This document shows, one piece after another, positions 63,691 to 64,000 of a stretch of 64,000 nt of DNA. The DNA is from Bacteroidales bacterium UBA1715. GTDB lineage: Bacteria > Bacteroidota > Bacteroidia > Bacteroidales > UBA1715. Location: positions 4,136 through 68,135 of the forward strand of contig DCIX01000016.1 of assembly GCA_002317135.1 (NCBI GenBank). The letters are read 5' to 3'. How positions within the stretch are numbered: the stretch's first letter is position 1; each line of letters opens with the position of its first letter. The position numbers were made by a program, and so were the translations under genes. The notes beneath the pieces were generated by a model. That model was given only the letters and a program-made list of their open reading frames with translations, had not been told where the DNA came from and made no database searches.

Positions 63691-64000
63691 TATAAAGCAT
63701 TTTTATTTGGGTGCAAAACTACAATTTCTACAGAGAGGAACAAATTCTATGTATCATTTGTTTACTTATTTCATGCCATTTGTTTGCTGCCCCACAAATA
63801 GTTTTTAAATTCTATAATTTCTTATATGTTAAAAAAAACATCTTAACTATACCAACTTGCAGTTGCGTTACAAAAAGTGTCGGATAAACAGAAAGAAGAA
63901 GGCAAATAGTCGTTACTATATTTTTGTATTGGCTTCCAGCCAAATGCATTCTACACATTTTAATCCTGAGACTACGTCACAGGGTACTCAAATTATGGCT

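Noticed and set aside
63807-63834. dif-like 11-6-11 sequence AAATTCTATAA-tttctt-ATATGTTAAAA
   Set aside because: The XerD arm mismatches at the innermost conserved base and the region is very AT-rich, so a chance match is likely
63780-64000. Possible ORF running off the window end
   Set aside because: Too short, with no clear start or motif to support a call

Overview
AT-rich bacterial DNA, very probably from an anaerobic Bacteroidales/Bacteroidota genome. The evidence is TAnnTTTG-type promoters, a T9SS cargo protein, porX and the recD-like/DUF3822/rsmD block. The window has five parts. (1) 1-3.6 kb: a T9SS-secreted thermolysin (M4) protease with an apparent C2-like insert, followed by an ECF sigma/anti-sigma pair; strand composition here looks opposite to the rest. 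(2) 3.66-4.7 kb: a degenerate IS256/Mutator-like element with inverted repeats but no target duplication. (3) 4.7-9.8 kb: an accessory patchwork with an AbiEi/AbiEii type IV TA pair, PhzF, small Cys-rich metal/NO-stress genes, an MFS transporter, and several gene stumps including one chimeric ORF. (4) Housekeeping blocks: rluB-era, gyrB-dnaN-exonuclease, serB, rbfA, obgE-adk, prfA, porX, pfp, rsmD, metA. (5) Three poorly characterised multi-gene systems: a hemerythrin-LuxR regulator divergent from a porin-imelysin-diheme protein-porin-cytochrome c-chorismatase-like-CcsBA operon; a lipoprotein + small secreted protein + TerB/FHA-like/ABCG-type fused transporter operon; and an arsR-trx-arsF-arsG-arsC-arsP operon with three visible operator boxes. 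I recognised no rRNA, tRNA or CRISPR array. All family calls come from motif recognition by eye, with no database searches.
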